Source: Moniliella sp. 'wahieum' (taxonomy: Eukaryota). Taken from it: a DNA stretch of 64,000 bases. Positions 1-13,483 of this stretch are shown here, piece after piece (the first letter of the stretch is position 1; each line of letters opens with the position of its first letter). The notes below the pieces were generated by a model that saw nothing but the letters and a program-made list of their open reading frames with translations, did no database searches and had not been told where the DNA came from. Position numbers and translations under genes: made by a program. The stretch lies in NCBI GenBank assembly GCA_003971905.1, contig RSEE01000144.1:1-64000 (forward strand). Direction: 5' to 3'.

Positions 1-2059
1 TCGTGCTGGCCGCGCCGGGCTGCCCGCAGGCGCCACCTCTGCCTCCCTCTCCTCCGCCCAACTCGACCAACTTGTCCTCCAGCTCCTCCATCGCGCCCAT
101 GGAAGATGCCATGCCCTCGGGCCGGCCGATGAGTCCTGTGCCCACCCTGCCCTCCCTCATGTCCGCGCTCGGCTGCGCCTGCTTCGCCCACCCCGCCCCC
201 CCGCCGCCCCCGACCCATGGCGCCCTCACCGCACCTTATCAGGCCTGAGCAACGTCGCCCTCTCCTCGGGCCTCCCAGCTCGTCTCCCTGGGCCACCGCT
301 GTTCCCACTCCGGCCTGCCCCTGACCCGCGCTCCAGCCGACCGGCATCGCCCGTGCTCATCGGCACCCCCACCACCTCGCCCAGCACCCCATCGGCTCCA
401 GCCGTGGTCTGTTCAGTTTTGCCTCCGATGCCGACCCCGTCGTGGGCCCGTCGCCCGCTCTCTACCGCCACCTCCCTGCCCGGGGGGACGGTGGGCCAGC
501 AGTGGGCGTGATTGGCAGTTGCTCTCCGCGCGCTTCCCCCCGCATGCCACCTCGATCACTTTCGCGTGCCTTGCATTCCGATTTGGCGCGTCCTTTTAGC
601 CCCTCTCACAGCAGCACCCTTTCCCGCCCTACGTCCCCCTTCCTGCTGGGCCCAGCGAGCGGTGCGCCCCGCATTCAGCCCTCGGGCACCTCCTCCCGCC
701 CTGCTTCTCCTACCGTCTCGCTGACCAGTACCTCGTCTCCGCAACGCTTCAATGTCGCAGCCGCCGAGTTTACCCGCGCACCCACCCGCCTCCGCTTCGG
801 CAGGGGGGACGGGCAACACGCCAGCTGCTTCCACCTCGGGCTCCGGTACGACGGTCGTGTCGCCCGCACGACGTTGGCCTCTGTGCTGCACGTGGGTGGG
901 TCCGGTGGGTGGAACGTACCGACGCCTCCCTCTGCCAGCATCTCTTCTTCCACGCTAGTTCCAGCAGTGCGTTTCGTTAGCGCGATGCACGTGAGTACCA
1001 GTGAAGAGTCCCATTCCCCGCCCGGGTCCGAGTCGCTGGTGGGACCGGTATCGGCGCTGTGCGTGTCGACGCCAGCAAGCCAAGAGACGGACGGAATTTG
1101 AAGGGTACAAAGACCGTTGGACCCCGAGGTGCAAGAGGAGGAGCAAGAGGAGGATGAGTTTTCTCGTTCCCGTTGCCGCGACCAAATTGGTTGCCACCTC
1201 CGAACGCTCCTGCCTGGCACCGGACCTGGCACCGGACCTGGACCTGGACCTGGATCGGGAGCTGTCCCTTTGCCCTTGTCCGTGCCACTGGGGCACCCCT
1301 CAGCAGCAGCAGCACCCCTATTTGGTCCGGCCTCTGAGTTCACCTGGGAACTGGCACGGCCGGCGTGGCGTCCAAGTGCACCCAGTGCTCCGGCACGTCT
1401 CTCGTGTCGACTGGGCTGGAGCGCACCCTGTGCCACCACCTACGGTGCCACCCCATCGTCTTTCTCGGCGACTGCTTCTACTTCTGCTTCTACCTACATC
1501 TACATATCTGCCTCTACTTCTACATTTGGGCCAACGTCATCTTCTTTCGCATCTGCATCTGGGTCTACATCTGGGCCTGGACCTGGGCCTGGGTCCGGGT
1601 CCCGGTCCGCACCTTCCTCTGGAACTGTCCCGCGCGTGTGCAAATTTTACCTGGCGGGCGAATGTCGTCGAGCGGACTGTCGGTTCAGCCACGATCGTTC
1701 GCGTGCGGTGTGCAAGTACTTTGTTCGTGGGGACTGTTGGAACGAACAAGTGGGTTTTTGCACCAGCCGTTGGTGGGACCAGAGGAGACGGAGGAGTTTC
1801 CTTCGCTTGCACTGGGCTTGGCTCGTGCCGCCCCGCGATCGCGGCACGACGATCGTCGTCCGCACCTGCCCCAACGTCCATGTCAACTTCAACGTCAACG
1901 TCGGCAACGTCCATGTCGTCGGCGGCGTCGACACGGGTGGGATCGTACGTGTCGGCTGCCTCGTCCAAACGGTCGCGTCGGCTGGCAGCAGGCCGAGCTG
2001 ACGCACGCGATCGTCGTGGGGTAGGCAGGACGAAGGAGGGCGGGCAAGAGTGCAAGTGA
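1..2059 (+). CDS. CCCH-type zinc finger RNA-binding protein with a PAM2-like motif (5' end probably outside the window; frameshifted)
   Basis: Tandem CCCH fingers CKFYLAGECRRADCRFSH and CKYFVRGDCWNEQ-(frameshift)-GFLH at ~1639-1763, followed by EEFPSL. PAM2-like FNVAAAEFT at ~748-774. Long Pro/Ser-rich low-complexity regions. Boundaries are approximate. Confidence 0.65.
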
Positions 2060-2903
2060 GAAACGATGACGATGACCAGGATGGTGACGATGACGATGAC
2101 CACGGGGTGACGATGACGATGACCAGGACGGTGACGATGACGAGACGAGGACGAGGACGAGGACCAGGACAAGGACAAGCAGAGCGAATGCACTTGCGGG
2201 GAAAGGTCCGGGTCGGTGGGGCTCCATTATTGGATGTTGGCTTTTGCTTTCGGGTAGTACGAAGCTATGAAGCTATGCGGCTTGAAGCTTGAATGAAGCT
2301 TGAAGCTGGGAAGGTCGACCGGGCCCGGGACGTGCAGCTGGTATGGACATTGTAGACGGGAAAGGCAAGGGGCAAAAAGAGCAGAGCAAAGGGAGGGGGG
2401 GGGGGGGCGAATGAATAGGGAATCCCGTAAATGAGTTGCATAGGAGAAGGAGATGTACTAGCGACCAGGATAACGTTTGTCTTCAAGCTTCAAGTGAAGC
2501 TTCACTGTTGGAGTCCAACTACCGTGGACAGAGAGACGACGTGAAGTGGACAAGCAGTGAACAAGTGAACAAGTGAACAAGTGAACAAGCAGCGAGTAAG
2601 TGGGCACGATGTGAACCTGAGGTGGACATCACGTGGACGACATGCCTGGTGGCTCAGCAAGCCAAACCAAGGTCCGGAAACAAAGGGACCAACACCAGCC
2701 GATGCAACCCCACCCAAAACAAGTCAAATGACTAGTGATTGATCAGTCCCTGCAGCGAACCCTCCATCCCCTACCCCTCATCCCCATCACCCAATCCTCA
2801 GTACCAACAAGGTCATGGGACCCAAACCGCAGCCGGGGGACGAAGAAGGAAGGGCAAAAAAGGACGAGGTGAGACATGGCAAAACCACCGCACCTAGTCC
2901 TAG

Positions 2904-5302
2904 TCATCGTCCTGCAACCGCGTGCCCTTGGTATTGGACCGACCAAATCGTCCGCTCGGGGCCAAACGGGTGAACAACGTGGAGGATGTGGTTGCCGCTT
3001 GCGCCGGGGAGAAGAAAGTTCGAAGGCAAAGGCGGAAGATCTTCGCCATTGCTCGGGCCGGCGGCGACACGAGCAATTGGGCCGTCCTGTCCCGCAGGGG
3101 GGAGGAGTAAGATGGGGTCGGGGCTGGGCGTGGGGCAGGGAACCAACTGCATGTGCCAACAGGCCTGCGCGGTCATCCAGTGCCAAACTGGTTCGGCCCT
3201 CGGCCCCAGGCGCAGGGGACAGTTCGCGCCAGGGAGCCGGGCTGTGGGTGTGCAGCGAAGGGGATAACGTCCATTGGCGAGATAAGCCCCATGGACTGGG
3301 ACTTGGTCCGCGTTCGGCCGGAGGGTGGGCAGCCAAGGCCCACAACGGAACGGGCGTCTCGCTCGTCTCGTCCGTTTCGGCCCGGAGACTGTGCCGCGCA
3401 CGACTGGGACTCGTCGGTGAAAAGTGCAGTCCGGCGGGGGAGGAAGGAAGGACAAGCGAGGTACTGTCGGACAGATGACTGGTGGGACGGAACCCAGGAG
3501 CGGGAGAAGCAAATGCAGATGTGCCGTACTCGTCAACGCTTTCCAGTGTGCTCGGCGCCCGGGCCAGGTCTGTCGTTGCGTTGGTTCGCAAGTGAGGGGC
3601 GGGGGGAGGAGAGCAAGCCAGGACTGGGGCATCAAGCGACGAGCGCGCTTCAAAGTCAGTCCAATGAGCCGAGGTATGCAGTCCACGTGGACCGCGCCCA
3701 GCCACCAAAACGGCCGGTTGGTCCACCCCTCCTCCGCTCCTTCTTCCTCATCGTCAAACGTTGCCCAAGGAGCAAACCGTCGGGGCTTGGGCGCAACAGG
3801 TTGGGGCGCAGGACGCAAGTCCCGTCTCGTCTTCGGCTGTACTTGGCTTGCGACCCGAGGAGGAACGGTGGATCTGAACGGTCACCACACCCGCTAGGAC
3901 GGCACGCTGGTGGTCGTTCAATTCGGGGGTCTGTTGTACCAGCTCATCGGGCACCTCGGCAATGGTCGAAGGAGGGTGAGCATGGCCATCGCGCTGCAAC
4001 AACTTCCCGGCCCATCCGCCCATTGCGGCCCGAGCTCCAGTAGCCGCATCACGGAACGTGCCCAAGGCCGATGCACCCGTAGCTGCGGCGGGAGCATCAT
4101 GCTCCGCGCCTGCTTCCGAGCTGGGAGCCGAGCTGGAGGCCGAGGCCGAGGCAATGGCAGTGGTAAGAGTAGGGGTGGGTTCCGCGGCGAATGTGGATCC
4201 AGCAAGGTCGTCGGTACTGTCCTTGGTACCCTTGAGCTCTTTGGCCTTGGTGGTCTCCTTGGCTGGTTTGGCTTGTTTGGCCTGCTTGGCGTCCTTGCTA
4301 ATTGCCTCGTCCTTGTTCTCCTCCTTGTCTCCGCCCAACAACGGGCACGCACACCCCCAGACGTTCCCCAATGCCCACCCAGCCAACCGGGTGGTCACGC
4401 CTGAATTGACCGAGCGTCCGCGCCGGAGGAAGCGGTCATGGCCGCGCGCGTCTTGGGTACAGCGTTTTTTTCCTTGGGACCCGCCTCTTCCTTGTGCGTC
4501 ATCTCTTCTTCTTGTGTCGAGAGCGGGCGAACAGGTGTCCCCCTCGGCGCCGAGTCGTGCACAACGTCGGGATCGGTCGAAGCGGTAGATTCAGTCCGAT
4601 CCACCCCATTGCTCCCGCCTCCGCTCCATGCGCCCGATACAGAGGAAGAGCGGGCATGCGAGTCGTCGCTAGCCCGGCCCAGCTCGGCTGCACTCGAGTG
4701 AGAACGAGAAAATAAGTGCCGCTTCGGCGGAGCGACAGCAGCCGATCCGAGACCAGAGCAGGGGCACTGTTCCCGCCTGCTGTCGGACTGGTGCGACCAC
4801 CGAGGAACTGTTGGGCAAGGGCGGGGCTTCACCTGTGGGCACAGTCGTTGGCGGAGCAGGTGCCACCTTGCGCGTGCGAGAGGGAGGGGGCGGAGGGGGC
4901 GGCGGGCGGGCGCGCGGTAGCGGCGGCGGGGCGGGGCAGGACGACTTCCCAGGTCGGCGACGGGGGGCAGAGGAGCGAGGGGAGGAGCGCGGGAGGAGGT
5001 GAGGACGTGGCAGTCGGCCTGCCATGGCCAGTTCTGTGCGAGAGGGTGCATGGCAGCGGCGATGGAGGCGGCCCAGTGGAGATGGAGCGGGCGAGGGCGC
5101 GGGCGGTGAGGAGGTCAGAGGCGCCGTCGGCGGTGGTGGCCGCAGCGAGCTCGGCGGCGTAGGTGGTCTGGGCCTGGGCGAGGGCAGCGTGGGTGGAGGA
5201 GAGGCAGCCGACGGCGTCGTGGGCGGTGGGGTCGTTGCGGACATGCAGGGCGGCGAGGGCAGCGCCCAGGGCAGCGACGGGGTCGCCGAGCACGACGGCC
5301 AT
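2904..5302 (-). CDS. Hypothetical low-complexity protein (frameshifted, assembled from overlapping ORFs)
   Basis: A chain of overlapping minus-strand ORFs (4829-5392, 4395-5051, 3754-4398, 2743-3726, 2904-3818) has protein-like composition (MAVVLGDPVAALGAALAAL..., KEENKDEAISKDAKQAKQAK...). No family recognised. Confidence 0.45.
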
Positions 5303-5874
5303 GGGGAGCGGCGGGGAGATGGAGGACGCAAGGCAGGCGGTCGACCAGGGATTGAACGTTGAAAGCAGCGGCAATCGTAGACCATCCATCATTAATCAGG
5401 GCACGCAGTACTCAGTAGGGTTGCCGCCACCGACCCCCCGCGGAGTAGTTACTTAGTAGCGCCCCCACGCGCCAGCTGACGTACACCCCAGCAGCGCCCC
5501 GCGCGTGCGCTCCGTGGCCTCAGGTGCTGTCATTTGTCCGCACAGTTATCCAGCTGTTCACTCACGCTATACAGTCGGTTTGGAAACGAATGTGGATGAG
5601 CCAGAATGTGTGTTTTTTTACTTGCTGAGACAGCATGATTGACTTTCTCACTGGGTGGGCACGAGCTGCCACTTACCCTCAGAGAAGCGAGCCGAGAAGG
5701 CGCATCATTCCTTGTTGGTGCTCAAGTGTGGAAAGGTGGACAAAGGAGCTGATGATATGGATTTCGTTCGCTGGCCCATGCCCATCCCTATCTACCGGGC
5801 GTGGAGAATGCCTGTCTGTGGGGGCTGAGGGGAGGAAGAACGACCGAGGTGGTGATTTGATGGTACCTTCTCCT

Positions 5875-5981
5875 CTCCATCTCCATCTCCATCTCCATCT
5901 CCATCTCCATCTCCATCTCCATCTCCATCTCCATCTCCATCTCCATCTCCATCTCCATCTCCATCTCCATCTCCATCTCCA
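5875..5981. repeat. (CTCCAT)n hexanucleotide microsatellite, ~18 units
   Basis: Direct perfect tandem repeat in the sequence. Confidence 0.97.
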
Positions 5982-6120
5982 CTCCCCATTCTCCTTACCC
6001 TTCTCGTTCCCCTTACCATCCTAGGTCCACAGTAGGGGGATTTAGGCAGGCGGAGGCGAGGGTTCCAAAGGGACGACACGCTCGGACGCAGCCGCCGCCG
6101 GCGCAACATCTACCGCTACC

Positions 6121-7768
6121 CTACCCCTGCCACTCTTCTGCCGCCTCAGCAGCCGCCACCCGCACCTCTTCCTCCGCGGCCGGCGTAGGAGCCGAGGGAC
6201 GTGGCGTGTTGGGCGCTGCGTCCTCCAGTGCCAAGGTAGCCCGATGATGGGGTGGTTTGGCGCGCAGGACGTGGAGCAGGGGAGCCAGGGCCTGTTCGGG
6301 CGTCTGGGCCAGCAAAGTGGGCAAGTCTTCCACCCCAGCCAAGCGAGCAAAATCGTCGGGTTGTTTACACTGTGCCAAGGCCTGGGCTGCTTGGTTGGCG
6401 TCAGCGCGGGATAAGGGCTGTTCCTCTGCGTAGGGGAGGGAGAAGATTGGTTCGGAGCGAGCGGCTTTGCTCGCATTGGCGTCGGCGCGGTTCAAGCGAG
6501 GTCGTAGTGTAGCGGAGGACAAGATCCATTTAGTGTTGCCGATGGGGTTGCGGAGCCAGAGTGCGTACCGGATAGCTTGGGGCCAAATTCGGTGGAGCAC
6601 GCTCTGAGCTTGCGGGGCAAAGGCGGAAGGGTTAGCTTCAGCGCCGCGAGCGAGCATGGCACTTGTCACGCCTGTTTGGGCCATGAGCCGCTCAGCTTCG
6701 GTACGGTCCCATGCATCGCCATTGATCACTACGGCTACACGACCGTGACTGGCTTGTCGAATGGCGTCGACCACGTCGGGCAAGCGGTCGGGCAAAGCCG
6801 GTTCCCGCGGTCGCATTTCCTTCGTCCGACAATGCACTGTAATTGCATCGACGGTGCCACTGGCAACGATGGTACGTACCAGCGCCAACGTTTCCTCTTG
6901 TGAGGGCAAAAGACGGATCTTGCAACTGACCGAAACGTGCGGCGGGGCGGCTTTACGCATGGCACGTAAGATGGCAACCAGCAACTCGGGTTGGGTCAGC
7001 AAGTTGCTTCCCATACCTCCCAGTGTCGAGAAGGGTTTGGGACAGCCACAGTTCAGGTCGACGCCAGCCACGTCGTTGGCGACCTTTTGGATGGCAAGGT
7101 AGGCGATCGAAGGATGGGCCGAACCAAGTTGAAAAATCACTCGCTCCTTCTCAACGGGGTGGGTGGAGAAGACGACCGTCTCCTCAACAGCTTTGCCATC
7201 GCGCGTAATGTAACTGACGAGTCCAGTGTGTGCTGAGACGCAACAAGACGGCCAGCAGCACATTCCATTCCGTTTCACTTTTGTCAATGCCAACGATCAC
7301 AACGGCGGGGGCAAGGGGGCAAGGGGGCAAGGGGGAGGACGTACGATCCACCACGCGTTCCGCGCTGAGCATTGCGCGGTCCACGACCTCGGGGCTCCAG
7401 ACCAAATCGGCGCCATACTGGAGCGCGAGGAGGCGGTTGACCACTGTACCAGATCGGACCATGGGAGCGAGGAAGAGGCCTCTACCAAAGTCGAGGGGCG
7501 AAGTGGAGGTAGGCAACGGGATATCGGGCACGTCGGTAATACCATTCGCATCCATCCAGGCTTGTTGGCGCGCCGCCGCATGCAACGCTTTTTCTTCGGC
7601 TGTTCGAGTGGGCGCAGGTGGGGTGCCTGGGGCTTTGACGTTGGCGTTGGCGTTGGCGTTGGCGTTGGCGTTGGCCTTGACCTTCTTGGTGGTGCCCGCT
7701 CCTGCCCCGGCGGGGGGGGAGGCAGAGCGCATCCGTTTCTCTCCGTTTGTGGAGGTTGAGAGCGCCAT
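6121..7768 (-). CDS. DUS2: tRNA-dihydrouridine(20) synthase Dus2/Smm1
   Basis: Motifs FLAPMVRSG...RLLALQYGADLVWSPEVVD, FQLGS, VDLNCGCPKPFSTLGGMGSNLL, SCKIR, TVHCRT, INGD, MLARGAE. Intron 7344-7233 (GTACGT...CAG) joins VVD-P-HTG in frame. Confidence 0.93.
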
Positions 7769-8785
7769 GGTGGTGCCGAGGGAAACTTGGACGGGGCGGG
7801 GGCGCGTGACGGCAGAAACGTGTCGCAAGAAGAGGAAGGCTGAGGAGGAGAACGGGACGAGGTGAACATGGGCTGCACCCGCCGCGCTGGGGTGAGAAAG
7901 GAGAAGATGAAGGTGAAGGTTTAAGCCAAACCTGACCAAGCTACACTTCACCTGGGATGCCCGTTGGACGTTGCGCGGTGGACGTTGGGTGTTGGTCCAG
8001 CAGAGGAAACCCAAGGGGCGGCAGGTTCCCGGAAACCTAGGTCGGTCCAGAAAGAGTCGATGAGCGCGATTCGGATCTATGATTCGATGGATGATGCCCT
8101 GTGCATGATGCACAAAAAAAAAAAAAAAAAAACCAAACACTTGGCCGTCGCCACCTTCGGCTTCCACGCCATGCTAATCGACCTTACTATATATTGTACC
8201 CACCATCCCCTTACCACTGCCTCGGCTAACGAGTAAGGGAGGGTGAGCGTTCAAGTTCGTTCAAGTTGAACGTTGAGCTTAGATGGTGGGTGGGTACGGG
8301 TTACGCGTTTCGGGGTACGTGTTACGAGGCTGCTTCGCACCAGATCACAAATATTTGGGACGGGTTAAATGATGTATGGAAAGAGAGCGAGAGAACGAGG
8401 GATGCAAGAACATGACGATTGATGAAAACAAACGAGATGGGGGGGAAGGCCAAGAGGATGCAAACTAGAACAAGGGAAAGAACGCCAAAGCCAATGCAAG
8501 CCCAAGAGGAGCGTGAGGGAAACAACCGCAAGCGGCTCGGACGGGCCACAGGCCTCTGACCGGCTGCCATGTAGGAAACCTCATGCGGGGAGTAGAGAAT
8601 GCCGATCTCTTTTTGGGGACAAGGAAGTGCGTGCGTGCGTGTGTGTGAGGGAGGGAGGGGGGGGGGGGGGGGGGGGGGGGGAAGGAGGGTGGTCCATAAC
8701 AAACAAAAAAGAAGATTGATAAACGAAGAACATGGTGGGAAAGACAAAGAAGATGTACGAGTGTGGTGCGGGCAGACCCGGAGGA

Positions 8786-9897
8786 TTACTGGTATCCCTT
8801 CGACCAGAGGGGTATTTCCTCCCCTCGTCGGACACTTGCTCAGGCTGGTACGAGGTGTAGGCGTACGCATAGCCTTCCTCCGAGCTGGAACCCGGGGTGG
8901 GCATGTCGCGGTAGGGCGGGGCGGTGGTCTGGGCAGATGCGCGGGCGCGGTTGCGATTGGATCGCTGCGACCGAGAGCGAGCAGCCAAGCGCGCCGAGTT
9001 GGCTCGGCCCAACTCAACTTCAGGTTCGTCGGGCTCGTAAGAGCGACTGTAGCGCAGCGAGTTGCCCTCCCGATCGACTGGACCCGCCTCATGTTGCTTG
9101 TGCCATGGGGTGTGTCGTCGGTGCTATGGAAGGTGGAGTTGGTGGTGGTGGATCGTTGGGACGGACCACGGTGGGGAAGCGCCCCGGCACCCACACCCGG
9201 ACCGTAGCGAGAAGAACGACGGGGGTCACGCACGGCCGGAGGCGGACCATCGGGACCATAGGGCATGCGTGTCTTGTCTGGGTGCGAAACAAGGTCATGG
9301 TAGACGGCACGACGGTTAGTAATCAATGGGAAGGGGAAAAAGGAGGACGGGACATACTTCTGGGGCCGACGGGCGGGATGGAGGGAAGGAGGGGAGCAAC
9401 GATGTTTTGGCTGCTGGATGCAGCGGAAGCTGAGGGGGAGGAGAACGCGTACGGGGGCTGGAGCAAGCTCGCGTAGGATCCTGGCTTGAGCTGAGAGCGT
9501 GGGGAGAGATGCTTGTCGCCAAAGGGCGAGGCGGCGCCCAGGGGTTGGCTCATGGCAGGACCGGACTGGGAGGCGGGGGCAGAGGCACGCTGGAAGGGCA
9601 AGGTGGCTTCGGTGATGGGGGCGTTGGTGCGGGCCAGGAGGCGGCTGAGGGCGACGAGCGCAACAAACACAAAGAGCAGGCCGAGAAGAGAGCGACAATG
9701 AAGATGAGGTTGATGCCGGAGCGGCCGTCCCAGGTCCAAACGCGGGAGCCATGGACCTTGTGGGTGTAGGCAACATAGTCGCTGCCTGTGGCGGAGGGGG
9801 CCGAGGAGGGGCTCGAGGCGGCGCTGATGAGGGTGGAGGATGCCGAGGCGGGTGCGCGGCCTACAAGCGGTGGCGGCGGCATGGGGAGGGCGGGCAT
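8786..9897 (-). CDS. Hypothetical single-pass membrane protein (one intron, frameshifted)
   Basis: ATG at 9897, then a Ser/Ala-rich N-terminus, a hydrophobic segment (INLIFIVALF...LLFVFVALVAL) and a Pro/Ser-rich tail. GTATGT donor near 9357. The end is uncertain. Confidence 0.45.
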
Positions 9898-12800
9898 GGG
9901 AGAGGGCGGAGGGAGGAGGAGAGGGGAGAGAAAGAGAGAAGAGAGAAGAGAAGAGGAGACGAGGAAAAGAGAGCCGAAGAGCTAAGGCCCTTGAAGCTTG
10001 CAGGCAAGGCAGTGCGGTGGGGGCAATTGCTGTGCCGGCGAAGAGCATGGCTGCCTGCAGCTGCAGCGCAACCCTACCCCCCCACGGCGCCCCTGCGTGG
10101 CCGCGGTGGGCCGAACAAGCAAGGCTGCCTGCTGCCCCCCTGCCTTGCTCCCGCTTGTCCCGCCCGCCGGCGGCCTGCACGGGGGCGCAGCGCCCTGCAC
10201 CCTGGCCACGCAGCCTCTGGCCATGTGCCAGCGTGGCGCAGGACGAGCGTGGGGGGAATCGGCCGATCGCCACCTGGCCAGCACTTGCGAAGCACCCAGC
10301 CCACGCCGCACCAACCGGCGGCGCCAGCCTCCAGCAGCTCCAGCACGCCGCGGCGCCCGCACCCCGCCACTGGCCACCGCCGGTCCGCAGCAGACTGGTG
10401 TGCTGCCGCCCTTGGACAGAGCGAGGGTGGCGGCGGGCAGGCAGGGCGTCGCAGTCCCCCTCGCCCCACGCAGCTGCAATGCGCTCCGGCTGAGCGCTGA
10501 TGCGCTGATGCATGGTGCGTGCGTTGAATGCCCTTGTTTTTTGCCGATCGGCATGCGTACCTTGTGGGGGGCAGCGGGGGGGCAGTGTGCTGCGCTTTGT
10601 GCCCTGCGCAGCCACGCAGCAACCCTGTGCCGATCGGTCGGGCTGGCTGAAGGGCTGAACCGCTGAAGCTTGCAGCAGCCTCGTAAGTAAAGTGACCGGT
10701 GATCCGGGTAGGTAGGCACTAGTAGTACTCGGCGCATCGATCCAGTTGGCCCGGGCGAGCGGTGGGCAGCATGCTGCTTGCTCGCGAAATCATGCTTTCG
10801 CATGTGCTCGTCTGCACATCCACAACTATCTTGCGTCCACCTGGGTCATCAGCACGTCATCAGCATTATCATCGTCATCGCCACAGGCCTCAGCCTCATC
10901 CACTCATCCACGCGAACTCCTCCGCCTCGTCGATCATCGACCCATCCACCCTCCCGTGCCTCCCACGATTGGCGCCGCTGACTGGCAGATCAAACAAATC
11001 GACAGGTCCTGGGGAGCGATTAGTATTCCCCTCAGCGGTGCAGTCACCACACACTTCCGATGGGCATTGTCTTCGCCACTGCATCTGTGGAGAGCACTGT
11101 GGTACAAGCTTCGGCTTTCGATCCCTGGCCTGCGCCGCGCGAGGCACACCCTGGCACATCGCTCATCATGCATCACTGTGCGGCACATCCATGAATTGTC
11201 CATGCGAATGACACAGATTGGCCTCAACACCTCGCCCCGTACGCTCAGTAGTACTCTCCAAAACGCTCAATCCACTACAGCCACGGCGATACTACCGGCT
11301 GTAGAACCAAGGGGTGGCAATTTGGCATTGAAGTTTGAAGCAGGTGGCATGTGTGACATGCTGTGTGCATGGCAAGTTGTGAAGCTTGAAGAGTTGACCG
11401 ACAAGCCGGAGACCCGGTGACGCCGGAACTCCAGCAGACACTACGCCCATCTGCATCAGACAGGCCTGCAGGGGGCAGCCCGGCCAGCCCATACTTGGGC
11501 ACACTGGCGCTGAGCAACGCAGACGAGAGGGAGGGAGAGGGGCACTGGGCGCTCCCAGACGCATCCTGCTACGGTTGAAGTTCGAGCTTCTCAGACGTTC
11601 AAGAGGACAATGTCCTGTTGTTGACCCGCCACTTAGTCACCTGACGCTTGGGTTGCGGAATACCGCATACCTCCGGGTACTGCTGGTACTTGCTAGGTAC
11701 GAATTGCTGGTGGGCTCCATTGCGCCCAATACCAATGCCGTCTGAATCGGATCTTAGATTTCAGACCTGAAACCGGACTTGGGCGTCCGTTGACGACGTG
11801 GACGCTGACGGTTTGCGGTCTGCGCTCAACACGTCAATCCGGCCTTTGCGCCGCTGTACCCATCTCCCCCACCGAGGTTCTGGCCTCCGAGGAGAGGCTG
11901 TGGCGCCACACTGGTGAGTGGTGGCGGTCACCGGTCACCGGTCACCGGTCACCCAAGCGCAGATTCCTTCGGTGCATTCCTTCCAAAATTCCTTGCTGGA
12001 GGACGGAGGAATATTCTCTCTAGCCTCTCTGTGTAGCTCGTGTACGACGCAATCCACACTGGTAACTGCCTCAACTGCCTGCTCTCTGGCCTTTTGCATT
12101 GCCAGATGGAATGCAACCCCGAATACCAGCAACACCTGGCAACACCAGCCACCACACCTGGCAATTCCCTCTGAGATTAGAGATCCCCGTGGCCCAAATT
12201 CGATCCCCACAAACGCGCAACGCCCAACTCATCTCTGCTTCGCAAGAAGAGGGCGGTTCTTTTTCGTTTGAGCAAGAAGGCAAGGCTCAGCTGAGCTCTC
12301 AGCGACGCTGACTAGGCTGACTCGACGTCCAACGGTTGAGTTCAACTCTGGGGGGCTACATCGGCTTACGTACGTCGACGACGCTTGGGTCGGCCGCCGC
12401 AGCCGAGACACGCAAGGCCGCCCCGGCGCTCAGGCCGAGGAGGGGAAGGAGGTGGGGAGGAAAGTCCTATATCCTAGTTACTAGTTCTGGGAAGGGGATG
12501 ATGCATGATGTCGAATGGATGATGGACGGTGCAATGGTGCATGATGCATGATGCATGATGTCAGAGAAACACGTCATCGAGGTCAGCTCGATCATCGATC
12601 ATCGATCATCGAGACTCCTCACCTTCTGCTGCCCCAGCGCCGGCCTCAGCCTCAGCCCCACACCTCCCAAACACAGCGGTGCTGGGGCAGGATGTAGGAG
12701 TGGGTGGGTAGCTGGGCCCGGGAAGGTCGATAGTCGATGGTCAGTGAAGGCATGGGAGATGGCATGGGAGATGGCTTGGGACGACAGGGGCGCTCTGCTC

Positions 12801-13483
12801 GTCGGCCGAGGGGAGGGAAGACTGGTGCGGGCCGGGGCGTAAGCAAAGTGTCTTTTAAGATCTAAACCCCAGGTGTGGCAGGCTGCTGTGGCTGGTCCTA
12901 TACGTCATGCATCGTGATGCATCATATCACATCTCTCGTCTCATCGATCTCATCATCATCCCATCTCCCGCCGTCCCCCAGCCACCCCAGCCACCAGTCC
13001 GATCGAGCGCGCGCGCCGTAGCCCTCATTCGGCGCACGGGCCGCACGGCCACAGACAGGCTCTGTCCAGCGTTCAAGTTCAGCTCAGCAGCGCTCCGCGA
13101 GCGCTGGGCACGTCACATGTCGGCACCCCAGCGCCCAGCAGTCCCCGTCCTGTGACCTCGCCTGCCGACAGTGGTACCGCGCCAGGCCGGGGAAGCGAAG
13201 CTGCTGGGAACGGGAACGTGCGATGGGGCAGCTGGCGCAGCTGGGGCACGTTCGCCGAGGGACGGGCCTGGGAAGAAGCCTGGCGCTCGCCCCATCCTGC
13301 GCTTGAGAACTAGATTCTCGCGCTTGAATTCAAGCTTGAAGCTTCAATTCAAGCTAGCTCTGCCCAACTTGTTTTCTTCCCTCGTGTGCGCCTTTCGTCC
13401 CCACTGGTCACCGTGGCTCTTCGTCTTTCTTCTCCTCTCCACGACCGCTCCCACCACTTTCGCTGGCGACGCGCATCCCAACC

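Noticed and set aside
5555..5700. Minus-strand splice-like signals (GTAAGT, GTGAGT) between DUS2 and the next gene
   Set aside because: No coherent reading frame can be assembled; at most UTR introns.
5635..6109. ORFs encoding (HL)n, (ME)n or (GD)n
   Set aside because: These are translations of the (CTCCAT)n microsatellite, with no other coding signal.
9980..13300. Many long overlapping ORFs in the 10-13 kb interval, and similar ones at 19.0-19.9 kb and 22.0-22.4 kb
   Set aside because: Stop-poor GC-rich promoter DNA with no recognisable motifs; most ORFs start at non-ATG codons.
13322..13356. Heat-shock elements (GAAnnTTC) in the AAGCTT-rich clusters
   Set aside because: They lack three properly phased inverted nGAAn units and are better explained as members of the T[CG]A-N4 array family.
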